Source: Thermotogota bacterium (GTDB lineage: Bacteria > Thermotogota > Thermotogae > Petrotogales > Kosmotogaceae). Taken from it: a stretch of DNA of 57,515 bases. Under the pieces are notes generated by a model. It was given only the letters and a program-made list of their open reading frames with translations. It made no database searches and had not been told where the DNA came from. Below are positions 49,876-57,515 of the stretch, piece by piece. Location of the stretch: positions 1-57,515 of the forward strand of contig JAYEJL010000057.1 in NCBI GenBank assembly GCA_034660555.1. The letters run 5' to 3'. How positions within the stretch are numbered: the first letter of the stretch is position 1; each line of letters begins with the position of its first letter. A program made the translations under genes and the position numbers.

Positions 49876-50627
49876 TTTTCATCACCGACTTTGTCAACGA
49901 AGACACCGATAGGAAATTCCTTTTTCATATTCTCATCTAGCCATTTCATGGCTTCTTTAGGACTCATTCCCCAATTTGTTGGACATGTTGATAGTACTTC
50001 AACCAGTGAGAAACCAAGTCCCTTTATTTGTGCAGTGAATGCTTTTTTAATTGCTTTTTTTGCTTTTATAACTTCACTTGGTGAGTTCACGGTTACTCTT
50101 TCAAGATATGCTACACCAGCTGTTTCTTTTAATAACTCACATACATGAATAGGATAACCTTCATTTTCTGCCTTTCTGCCATATGGAGATGTCGTTGTTT
50201 TCATACCAAGTAATGTTGTAGGTGCCATCTGTCCGCCTGTCATACCGTAAATGGCGTTGTTAATAAAAATCGTGGTGATCTTTTCTCCCCTGTTTGCTGC
50301 ATGAATTATTTCAGCTGTTCCGATAGCTGCAAGATCACCATCCCCCTGGTATGTGAAAACAATATTATCCGGTCTTGCTCTTTTCATACCTGTGGCAACT
50401 GCCGGAGCTCTACCGTGAGCTGCAACTGTACCGTCTACGTCGAAGAAAGTATACGCAAATACGGAACAGCCCACTGGAGCCACCATAAGGGTTTTTCCTT
50501 GAATTTCAAACTCATCAATTATTTCAGCAATTAATCGGTGTACAATTCCATGATGGCAGCCAGGACAATATGTGAATTCTTTTGAAGAAAGTGCATTGGG
50601 TCTCTTGAAGGTTTTTATTGCTGACAT
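49872..50627 (-). CDS. 2-oxoacid:ferredoxin oxidoreductase beta (TPP-binding) subunit
   Basis: YCPGC, PVGCS, QGDGD…NN, GMTGGQ, CPTNW. Confidence 0.92.
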   Translation of the reverse strand: MSAIKTFKRPNALSSKEFTYCPGCHHGIVHRLIAEIIDEFEIQGKTLMVAPVGCSVFAYTFFDVDGTVAAHGRAPAVATGMKRARPDNIVFTYQGDGDLAAIGTAEIIHAANRGEKITTIFINNAIYGMTGGQMAPTTLLGMKTTTSPYGRKAENEGYPIHVCELLKETAGVAYLERVTVNSPSEVIKAKKAIKKAFTAQIKGLGFSLVEVLSTCPTNWGMSPKEAMKWLDENMKKEFPIGVFVDKVGDEK

Positions 50628-50628
50628 A

Positions 50629-51696
50629 TTATTCACCTCTCCCGATCATTTGTTTCAGTTGTTCAAGTACTTCATTGGGTGTTGGAACCACTCCACCGGT
50701 TCTGCCGTAGAAGTTAACGGGAATCTCTCCGTTAACTCCAAGCTTTACATCTTCGACCATTTGGCCGGTTGACATCTCAACCGTTAGAACACCCTTTTTG
50801 CCTTTTATCAAATCGTTCAGTGCTTTGTATGGGAATGGCCAGAGACTAATTGGTCTAAACAAGCCTACTTTTATACCTTCATTTCTTGCCATTTTTAACA
50901 CATTACTTAGAATTCTGCCCATTGTTCCATATGCAACCATAATGTATTCAGCGTCTTTTACCTGTGTAGCCTCATATCGTACTTCTTTTTCCATAATTTC
51001 TTTGTATTTTTCATTGTAAACCATATTCATTTCTTCAAGTTTATTGGGATCTATATCGAAGGATGTTATTTTGTGAGGTTCTCTACCTTCATTACCCTGC
51101 ATTGCCCAATCTGAATGATCAGGCAATTCAGAAAGATCCTTAAATTCGCTAAAGGAAACTGGTTCCATCATCTGTCCCAGCATGCCGTCCGCAAGAATAA
51201 GACTTGGGTTTCGATATTCATCTGCCAGCTCAAAGGCAAGAGGAATGAGATCAACAGCTTCTTGAATCGAGCTGGGAGCAAGCGTTATAAGTCTGTAATC
51301 TCCATGACCGCCTCCCTTAGTACCCTGGAAATAATCACTCTGGGCAGGCTGGATGTCTCCCAGTCCTGGTCCCCCTCTAACAACATTAATAAAAACACAG
51401 GGTAACTGTGCTCCAGTAATATAGGAAACGCCTTCCTGCATTAAACTGAATCCAGGACTTGAAGTAGAAGTCATTACTCTGGTTCCAGTGCTGGCAGCAC
51501 CGTAGATCATATTTACTGCTGCTACCTCACTTTCAGATTGCAAGAATGTTCCCTTTACTTCTGGTAATCTACGTGCCATATATTCAGTTAATTCTGATTG
51601 CGGTGTAATAGGATAACCGAAATACAGGCGACAGCCTGCTCTTATAGCAGCTTCAGCCATGGCTTCGTTTCCCTTTACCATTAACTTTTCAGACAT
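50629..51696 (-). CDS. 2-oxoacid (2-ketoisovalerate-type):ferredoxin oxidoreductase alpha subunit
   Basis: KGNEA, GYPITPQ, ESE, TSSPG, RGGPGLG, GGGHGD. Confidence 0.92.
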   Translation of the reverse strand: MSEKLMVKGNEAMAEAAIRAGCRLYFGYPITPQSELTEYMARRLPEVKGTFLQSESEVAAVNMIYGAASTGTRVMTSTSSPGFSLMQEGVSYITGAQLPCVFINVVRGGPGLGDIQPAQSDYFQGTKGGGHGDYRLITLAPSSIQEAVDLIPLAFELADEYRNPSLILADGMLGQMMEPVSFSEFKDLSELPDHSDWAMQGNEGREPHKITSFDIDPNKLEEMNMVYNEKYKEIMEKEVRYEATQVKDAEYIMVAYGTMGRILSNVLKMARNEGIKVGLFRPISLWPFPYKALNDLIKGKKGVLTVEMSTGQMVEDVKLGVNGEIPVNFYGRTGGVVPTPNEVLEQLKQMIGRGE

Positions 51697-51710
51697 AACA
51701 ATCCTCCTCT

Positions 51711-51944
51711 TCACCGGGTTTCGACTTTTTCATTTTCTTTGTATACTGTGATTGCAGTATCTGGACACATCATGTAACAAAATCCACAACCAATGCAGTT
51801 TTCCATATCATGCTGGTGTGCTGGATGATAACCTTTACTGTTGAATTCCTCGGAAAAACTAAGAACATTTTTTGGACAGTATTCAATACAAAGGCCGCAT
51901 CCTTTACAGCGTTCTTTATCAATCTCTACATAATTCTTAGCCAT
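51711..51944 (-). CDS. 2x[4Fe-4S] ferredoxin / oxidoreductase delta subunit
   Basis: [12 protein letters not shown] and [12 protein letters not shown]. Confidence 0.92.
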   Translation of the reverse strand: MAKNYVEIDKERCKGCGLCIEYCPKNVLSFSEEFNSKGYHPAHQHDMENCIGCGFCYMMCPDTAITVYKENEKVETR

Positions 51945-51947
51945 TTT

Positions 51948-52610
51948 TTAAACCTCCCATATTTTCTTTATATATTTAGTTACGTTGAAAATTGTGAATT
52001 CAGTGTTTTTGGCTTTGATTCCATTCATGATAACCGTTGTAAAAACTGGTATATTGGTAGCTTCCGAAACTTCTTTTATAAATGACTCTCCATACTCAAT
52101 ATGTTCCTTTTTTGTTTCGTCTCCAAGGTTTGCATTGTTAATTAGGTAGTCAATCTTTCTACGGGATTTTTGCGACAGTCGTTCAATATGATCAACAGTT
52201 TTGGCCACAGTATCCGTAAAAGGACGGTATGGATTTACTACGAAGTGGGTTGTGCTTTCCTGAGAATCAATGTGATTCTTTAAAGAACTAAGAACAACTG
52301 CCCCATCGTCATTACCGCCTACATCTATGATTACTCTGTAATCTTTTCTTGTAATATAACCTGCAACCTGTGGAACAATAATTGGCAAATCTGCATGCAT
52401 TAGTTTTCCCTCTGGAGCAATTATCTTAATACCCTTTGATTCGAAAGTTTCTATCATATCTCGTGATCTAAAATAACTACTAATTACGTCAATATCGGCT
52501 ATTGCAACATTTTCGTATTTTGATTTGAGTTTAATAGCCGCGTTTAGTGATATCTCTGTTTTACCGCTTCCAAGCATTCCCATGAAAATATTTATTTTTT
52601 TGTTAAACAT
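51948..52610 (-). CDS. Uncharacterised SIMIBI-like P-loop NTPase
   Basis: GMLGSGKTE, ADIDV…YFRSRD, DVGG; ATG 52610 overlaps the buk stop. Confidence 0.75.
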   Translation of the reverse strand: MFNKKINIFMGMLGSGKTEISLNAAIKLKSKYENVAIADIDVISSYFRSRDMIETFESKGIKIIAPEGKLMHADLPIIVPQVAGYITRKDYRVIIDVGGNDDGAVVLSSLKNHIDSQESTTHFVVNPYRPFTDTVAKTVDHIERLSQKSRRKIDYLINNANLGDETKKEHIEYGESFIKEVSEATNIPVFTTVIMNGIKAKNTEFTIFNVTKYIKKIWEV

Positions 52611-53697
52611 CAATGATCTCCTCGTATATCTTTGGTTTTGTTCCATTTTTTACTACTCTAAGTGCAGCCAAAGCGAGAGCGCGTTCCTCATCACCTCCAG
52701 GAATAACTTCGACAGGGGCGATAAAAGATACTTTTTCCTTTATCCATTTTACAAGGAATCGTTCATCATGAGCTAATCCACCGGTTAGTACGATTACATC
52801 AACCTTGCCCTTTAATGCAGCTGACATTCTACCAATCCATTTTACTATTTGATAAACCATACCTCTGTAATAGTAGGACCATTTATTGTTCTCGTCAAAA
52901 GCTATCTTATCCTGTATTTTTTCACAGTTGTTGGTGCCAGTGTAAGCTACCAGCCCACCGTTACCCTTGATGAGTTTTTTGATCTTTTTGTAGCTGTACT
53001 CTCCGGAATAACATAACTCTATGAATTGTGAAATGGGTAATGTACCTGATCTTTCAGGTGTATAGGGACCATCTCCGTTTAAAGCATTGTTTACATCGAT
53101 AACCTTACCATTTTCATGCGCTCCTATTGAAATTCCACCACCCATGTGAACTACAACGAGATTCATGTTTTCATATTTTTTTCCGTATCTGGCTGCAATC
53201 TCTCTGGCGACGGCTTTCTGATTTAGAGCGTGAAATATTGATTTTCTCTCAAAATCGGGATGTCCTGATAATTTTGCTACCTTATTCATTTCATCAACAA
53301 CTACAGGATCTGTTATGAAAGCAGGTGCTTTTTTCTTTGATTCTGCCGACAGCTCATTTGCCAGAACAGCTCCCAGATTTGAAGCATGTTCACCATACCG
53401 TGCTTCTTTGAGATCTTCCAGCATTTTAGCTGTAACCGCATAAGTTCCTCCAGGAATGGGCTTCAATAGACCGCCCCTTCCTACAAAGGCATCAAAATCA
53501 TCAATTTCATAACCATGTTCTTCAAGAAATTCAATTATTATTTTTTTTCTGAAGTCTTTCTGGCTATATAGAGATTCAAATTGTGCAAGTTCATGTGGTT
53601 CATGTCTTATAGTCATATTTCTTGATAACTTTTCTTCATCAAAAATTGCCAGTTTGGTTGATGTAGAACCGGGATTTATGACTAGAATTCTATTCAT
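52603..53697 (-). CDS. buk: Butyrate (branched-chain carboxylate) kinase
   Basis: INPGSTSTK, GRGG, HASNLG, DPVVVDE, HALNQKA, HMGGGIS. Confidence 0.93.
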   Translation of the reverse strand: MNRILVINPGSTSTKLAIFDEEKLSRNMTIRHEPHELAQFESLYSQKDFRKKIIIEFLEEHGYEIDDFDAFVGRGGLLKPIPGGTYAVTAKMLEDLKEARYGEHASNLGAVLANELSAESKKKAPAFITDPVVVDEMNKVAKLSGHPDFERKSIFHALNQKAVAREIAARYGKKYENMNLVVVHMGGGISIGAHENGKVIDVNNALNGDGPYTPERSGTLPISQFIELCYSGEYSYKKIKKLIKGNGGLVAYTGTNNCEKIQDKIAFDENNKWSYYYRGMVYQIVKWIGRMSAALKGKVDVIVLTGGLAHDERFLVKWIKEKVSFIAPVEVIPGGDEERALALAALRVVKNGTKPKIYEEIIDV

Positions 53698-54595
53698 GGT
53701 ATCCCTCCGCCAGCAAAACATTCAAGGCTATTGAATAAAGTTTGGATTGTTCAGTATCAGCTCTGGATGTCAATACTATGGGTGTTTTACCTCCTGTTAT
53801 TGTACTTGCTACAACGCTATTAGCAAGAAAAACCATGGCTTTGTAAAAGATATTTCCCGCTTCAATGTCTGGCATAATTAGTACATCTGCCTTTCCTGCG
53901 ACACTGCTCGATATCCCTTTATGTTCTGCCGCTTCCACAGAAACAGCATTGTCCAGTGCGAAGGGACCATCAATTTCTGCACCTTTTAACTGTCCACGGT
54001 CAGCCATTTTTGATATCATTGCGGCATCCATCGTTGCTAACATTTTTGGATTTACAGTTTCAACTGCTCCAAGTAGTGCTACCTTAGGTTTTTCAATTCT
54101 GAGTGTTTTCGCAACATTTATGCAATTCGTAATGCAATGGATTTTCTGCTGCAGCGTTGGTTGTATAACCATTCCTGCATCTGACACAATAAGAAGTCTA
54201 TCGAAATCTGGAATCTGAAAAACGCTTACCAGATTCATCGTACTATTTGTTCTTAAACCATGTTTCTCATCTAAGAATTCCTTCAATAAATCTCCTGTTC
54301 TTACTTTACCTTTCATTAGCAACTTTGCATTTCCTGAAGCAACTGATTCAACGGCTTTTTTTATCGCAGTATTCTGGCTTTCTGCGTTTATTATCTCAAA
54401 ACCATCTTTCATATTTAGTTCACTGGTTAGTGTTTTTAGTAACTGTTCATTGCCAAAAAATATAAATTCTGAAATGTTCTCGTTTATTGCGTTTTTGCAG
54501 GCTTTTAGCACTGCCCTGTCTTCCGCGACTGCAACAGCTATCTTCGAGTGGAATTTTTTCGCTTCTTTTAGTATTTCATTGAGTGTTTTAATCAT
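53690..54595 (-). CDS. ptb: Phosphate butyryltransferase
   Basis: LMKG, SDAG, DGPFALDNA, PDIEAGN, LTSRAD. Confidence 0.92.
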   Translation of the reverse strand: MIKTLNEILKEAKKFHSKIAVAVAEDRAVLKACKNAINENISEFIFFGNEQLLKTLTSELNMKDGFEIINAESQNTAIKKAVESVASGNAKLLMKGKVRTGDLLKEFLDEKHGLRTNSTMNLVSVFQIPDFDRLLIVSDAGMVIQPTLQQKIHCITNCINVAKTLRIEKPKVALLGAVETVNPKMLATMDAAMISKMADRGQLKGAEIDGPFALDNAVSVEAAEHKGISSSVAGKADVLIMPDIEAGNIFYKAMVFLANSVVASTITGGKTPIVLTSRADTEQSKLYSIALNVLLAEGYHE

Positions 54596-55653
54596 ACCAA
54601 TTCCTCCAGCGAAAAAGTCTTTGGAGTCTCAGTCTTGTTAAGTGCTCTAATAGCTCCTTGAGCAAGAGCCAGCATTTCGTGTTCTCCAGGCTCTGTTACC
54701 ACCAGACCGAATTTTGCAATATATGATTTTATCTTCTCGACAAAGTGTGAGCTGTAAGCCATTCCACCTGTTAGAACTATGGCATCAATATCTCCTCCAG
54801 CGACTGCGCACATTCCTCCAATTTCTTTGCTTATCTGATACGCCATGGCATCAACAACTAGTCTGGAAAAGTCATCTGTATTTTTAAGCGCTTCCTTCAA
54901 ACTATTTGTTCCCAGGTAGGCTTTCAATCCACCTTCTTTGTTATATCTTTTTAGTAGTTCCTTTTTGGTATATTTCTTGCTAAAGCACATTTTTGCGAGA
55001 TCTACAACAGGTAATTCTCCAGCTCTGTTTGGACTAAAGGGGCCTTCGCCAGTAGCGTTGTTTACATCAACGAATCTTCCTTTAAGTAACAGGCCAACTG
55101 ATATACCACCACCAAGGTGGGCAACTACCATATTGAGTTCTTCAATATTCTTTCCAAAAGCCTTTGCGACTTTGTAGGAGACTGCTCGCATGTTCAATGT
55201 GTGTAAAAGACTTAGTCTTTGTATTTGGGGTATACCGGAAAGTCTCGCTTCATCGATAAATTCATCAGTAGAGATAGGATCAGTTATAAATACAGGTATG
55301 TCTTTCTGAGATAATTGCATGCCTATTGGAGCAGCGTAGTTAGACGGATGGTCAACAGTTGTTTGATGAAGCAAATAGTCAACCATGTCATCGTCTACAA
55401 TATATGTACCACCAGTCAAAGGCGGCAGAATGCCCCCTCTGCAAGCTATGGCAGCAATATCATCCCTTTTATAACCATTCTCCCTTAAGAATTTTCTGAT
55501 GTCATCAGTGCGTGTTTTTATAATTTTTTCAATATCTTCAGTGCTTTCTTTATTGGAGTGTTTTAATTCAGTTTTGAATACGGGTTTTTCGTCTTCAAAT
55601 ACTGCGATTTTTGTTGATGTTGAACCTGGATTAATTACTAAAATAGTATACAT
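54592..55653 (-). CDS. buk: Butyrate kinase, second divergent paralog
   Basis: INPGSTSTK, CRGG, HPSN, DPISTDE, HLGGGIS, PGEHE. Confidence 0.9.
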   Translation of the reverse strand: MYTILVINPGSTSTKIAVFEDEKPVFKTELKHSNKESTEDIEKIIKTRTDDIRKFLRENGYKRDDIAAIACRGGILPPLTGGTYIVDDDMVDYLLHQTTVDHPSNYAAPIGMQLSQKDIPVFITDPISTDEFIDEARLSGIPQIQRLSLLHTLNMRAVSYKVAKAFGKNIEELNMVVAHLGGGISVGLLLKGRFVDVNNATGEGPFSPNRAGELPVVDLAKMCFSKKYTKKELLKRYNKEGGLKAYLGTNSLKEALKNTDDFSRLVVDAMAYQISKEIGGMCAVAGGDIDAIVLTGGMAYSSHFVEKIKSYIAKFGLVVTEPGEHEMLALAQGAIRALNKTETPKTFSLEELV

Positions 55654-55664
55654 TGGATCACTCC

Positions 55665-56894
55665 TTAAAGGAGATTTTTATTCTTTCCGTATTTTACAAC
55701 AGCTTCCTTTAGTCTTCTTACACCTTCGACGATGTCCTTTTCAGGTGGTAAGCAGAAGGATAATCTCATGGAATTGGCACAACTCCCGTCGAGGGAGAAG
55801 GAACTTCCAGGTATAAACAGTACACCAATTTCCTTTGCTATATCCATCATTTCAAGCGTGTCATACCCTTCAGGTAGTGTAAGCCAGATGAATAATCCGC
55901 CTTCAGGTTCTGTCCATGTAACTCCGTTCATATCTTTAAATGCCTTTTCAAGTTCCTTCAGCATAAGATCTTTCTTTTCTTTATAAAGTCTTATTGTTGG
56001 CTTAAGCAATTCGTTCAGGTTGTATTTCTGTAGAAATCTTGCTGCAATTATTTGCGTAAGGCTTGGTGTGCATAAGTCTGCGGCCTGTTTGGCCATAACC
56101 ATTTTTCTTATCAGATCCTTATCTCCAATGACTATTCCCAATCTCATACCTGGAGAAAGAATTTTACTGAAAGTTCTCAGCATCAGCACCCGATCTTTTC
56201 CAGCCAGTTTAAACAGTGAAGGAAGGCGTTCACCTTCAAATCTTAATTCTCCATAAGGGTCGTCTTCAATGATCGGAATATCATATTTCTCTGCAAGTTC
56301 GATAATGGCTTTCCTTTTTTCCAGACTCAATGTAACACCAGCTGGATTGTGAAAATTTGGAACAACATAGATAAATTTTACGTTTTCTATTTCTCCTTTT
56401 TTATCCAGTTCACTCAATCTTTTACTGAGGTCGTCTATGTCTATTCCATCTTTATGAAGTACGAGATATTCATAACGTTCAGAATTCATCACAAAAGCGC
56501 TTGCAGCCCCGAGATATACAGGCTTTGAAACGAAATAAATACTCTGCTTGTCGAGGAATACAGTTGATAACAGGTGAAGTGCGCTTTGAGAACCAACTGT
56601 TATGAGAATATTATCTTCATTTAGACCTGATATTCCTTCCGTTTTTTCAAGAAACTCAAGGAATGTTTCTCTGAATAAAGGGTCACCCTCTGTAGGGCCA
56701 TACTGCAATGATCTTTTGTATTCATTAAGAACAACATCTTTTGCTATTTCTGCCAATTTCTCTTTTGGAAATGTTTCTGGGTCGGGCACACCACCACCAA
56801 AAGATATAATGCCCTCATTCATGGCATCCTTTAGGAGTTCTCTAATAATTGAAGATTTTAATTTGTTTCCAGTTTCAGAAAAACTCAGTCTCAT
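55665..56894 (-). CDS. Class I/II PLP aminotransferase (ARO8/LysN-like)
   Basis: SIIRELL, SFGGGVP, LQYG, NFHNPAG, EDDPYGEL, TFSKILSPGMRLG. Confidence 0.92.
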   Translation of the reverse strand: MRLSFSETGNKLKSSIIRELLKDAMNEGIISFGGGVPDPETFPKEKLAEIAKDVVLNEYKRSLQYGPTEGDPLFRETFLEFLEKTEGISGLNEDNILITVGSQSALHLLSTVFLDKQSIYFVSKPVYLGAASAFVMNSERYEYLVLHKDGIDIDDLSKRLSELDKKGEIENVKFIYVVPNFHNPAGVTLSLEKRKAIIELAEKYDIPIIEDDPYGELRFEGERLPSLFKLAGKDRVLMLRTFSKILSPGMRLGIVIGDKDLIRKMVMAKQAADLCTPSLTQIIAARFLQKYNLNELLKPTIRLYKEKKDLMLKELEKAFKDMNGVTWTEPEGGLFIWLTLPEGYDTLEMMDIAKEIGVLFIPGSSFSLDGSCANSMRLSFCLPPEKDIVEGVRRLKEAVVKYGKNKNLL

Positions 56895-57147
56895 ACATGC
56901 ACCCCCTGAAATTTTTGGTTTTTTGAAAATTTATCAAATATCTATCTAGCTTTAAGACTTGTTTACAATCACAAAATGTTCCAGCTTTCGAAAAAATAAT
57001 ATTTCAGTTGTTTACTCAGCTGGTATTAATTTTCATATATTGTTTATAGCAACTGTATGCCAGCAGTTACTTAGTGAGTCAATATTTAACTGTTATATTG
57101 TTAGAAAGTCACTTACGCTAATAAATGGAAAACTACAAAATAAATAG

Positions 57148-57179
57148 TATGAAAGAATTTGCATGCAAATTCTTTCATA
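57148..57179. repeat. Perfect 32-bp palindrome
   Basis: TATGAAAGAATTTGCA|TGCAAATTCTTTCATA is identical to its reverse complement. Confidence 0.95.
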
Positions 57180-57515
57180 TAATGAAATGAATTGCACATC
57201 TTGAGCAAAAAAGCATCAGAGGAAGATTGTTTCACGTTGAAAAATTGAAGCATATTTTAGCAATTTGGATGAGCAATAATGCATTTAAGCATGATATTTA
57301 TTTATAAAAATGATTGTAGAGTTTTTGTTGGTTTTGTTCAGCACTTGTAGAAGATAAGAGATTCATATAAACTTGTATTGAAGGTGATTGTATATGGTCT
57401 AATAGACCTGACCCCCCTGGCTCATAAAAAATTGACCCCATACCCTGGGGCAAAATAGACCTCATTGAGGAGGATAATAGAGATATTCTTCTCAAAGGAG
57501 GTAACCAGGGAGTGA

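Noticed and set aside
57298..57515. Minus-strand ORF open to the right edge (…TPWLPPLRRISLLSSS…)
   Set aside because: Ser/Pro-rich and not protein-like, and it conflicts with the strong plus-strand SD and GTG; cannot be supported
1..57515. CRISPR array, prophage, defence island, intein, selenocysteine recoding
   Set aside because: No regularly spaced repeats or phage/defence hallmark genes seen; gyrB, dnaG and others have normal lengths; no in-frame TGA interrupting a recognised gene

Overview
AT-rich, gene-dense core-genome segment of a Thermotogota bacterium. Gene order and content, tRNA-Arg(TCG) and the maltosyltransferase support the phylum; a Kosmotogales-like assignment is only inference. 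Left to right: a 5-tRNA cluster, spoVS, tRNA-Ser followed by GH13 maltosyltransferase, rplU-rpmA-rplM-rpsI-dnaG-rpoD, and a mixed operon (degenerate ABC ATPase, PfkB, CBS, MtaB, class IV aminotransferase, DciA, gyrB, FtsQ-like, ftsA, ftsZ, PilB/GspE). Next come a B12-dependent oxidative ornithine catabolism operon (ord-ortAB-oraSE) lacking the racemase and reactivase genes, PP-loop/HAD/lnt, a glycolipid/galactofuranose operon (GT4, flippase, GT2, glf), a suhB broken by an exact 7-bp duplication, pheST-fur and an ECF sigma/anti-sigma/exported-protein module. The right part holds an M18 peptidase, nth, TPP-riboswitch-controlled thiBP (thiB with an apparent ACG start), mfd, mnmE and an amino-acid oxidation operon (aminotransferase-buk-ptb-buk-P-loop ATPase-2-oxoacid:ferredoxin oxidoreductase). 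No CRISPR, prophage, rRNA or complete transposase was seen, and no obviously foreign island. The most unusual items are the uL13 N-terminal insertion, the Galf/glycolipid operon, the revertible suhB lesion, the thiB ACG start, alternative hairpins before dnaG and a perfect 32-bp palindrome near the right end. All protein calls come from motif recognition by eye, not database searches.
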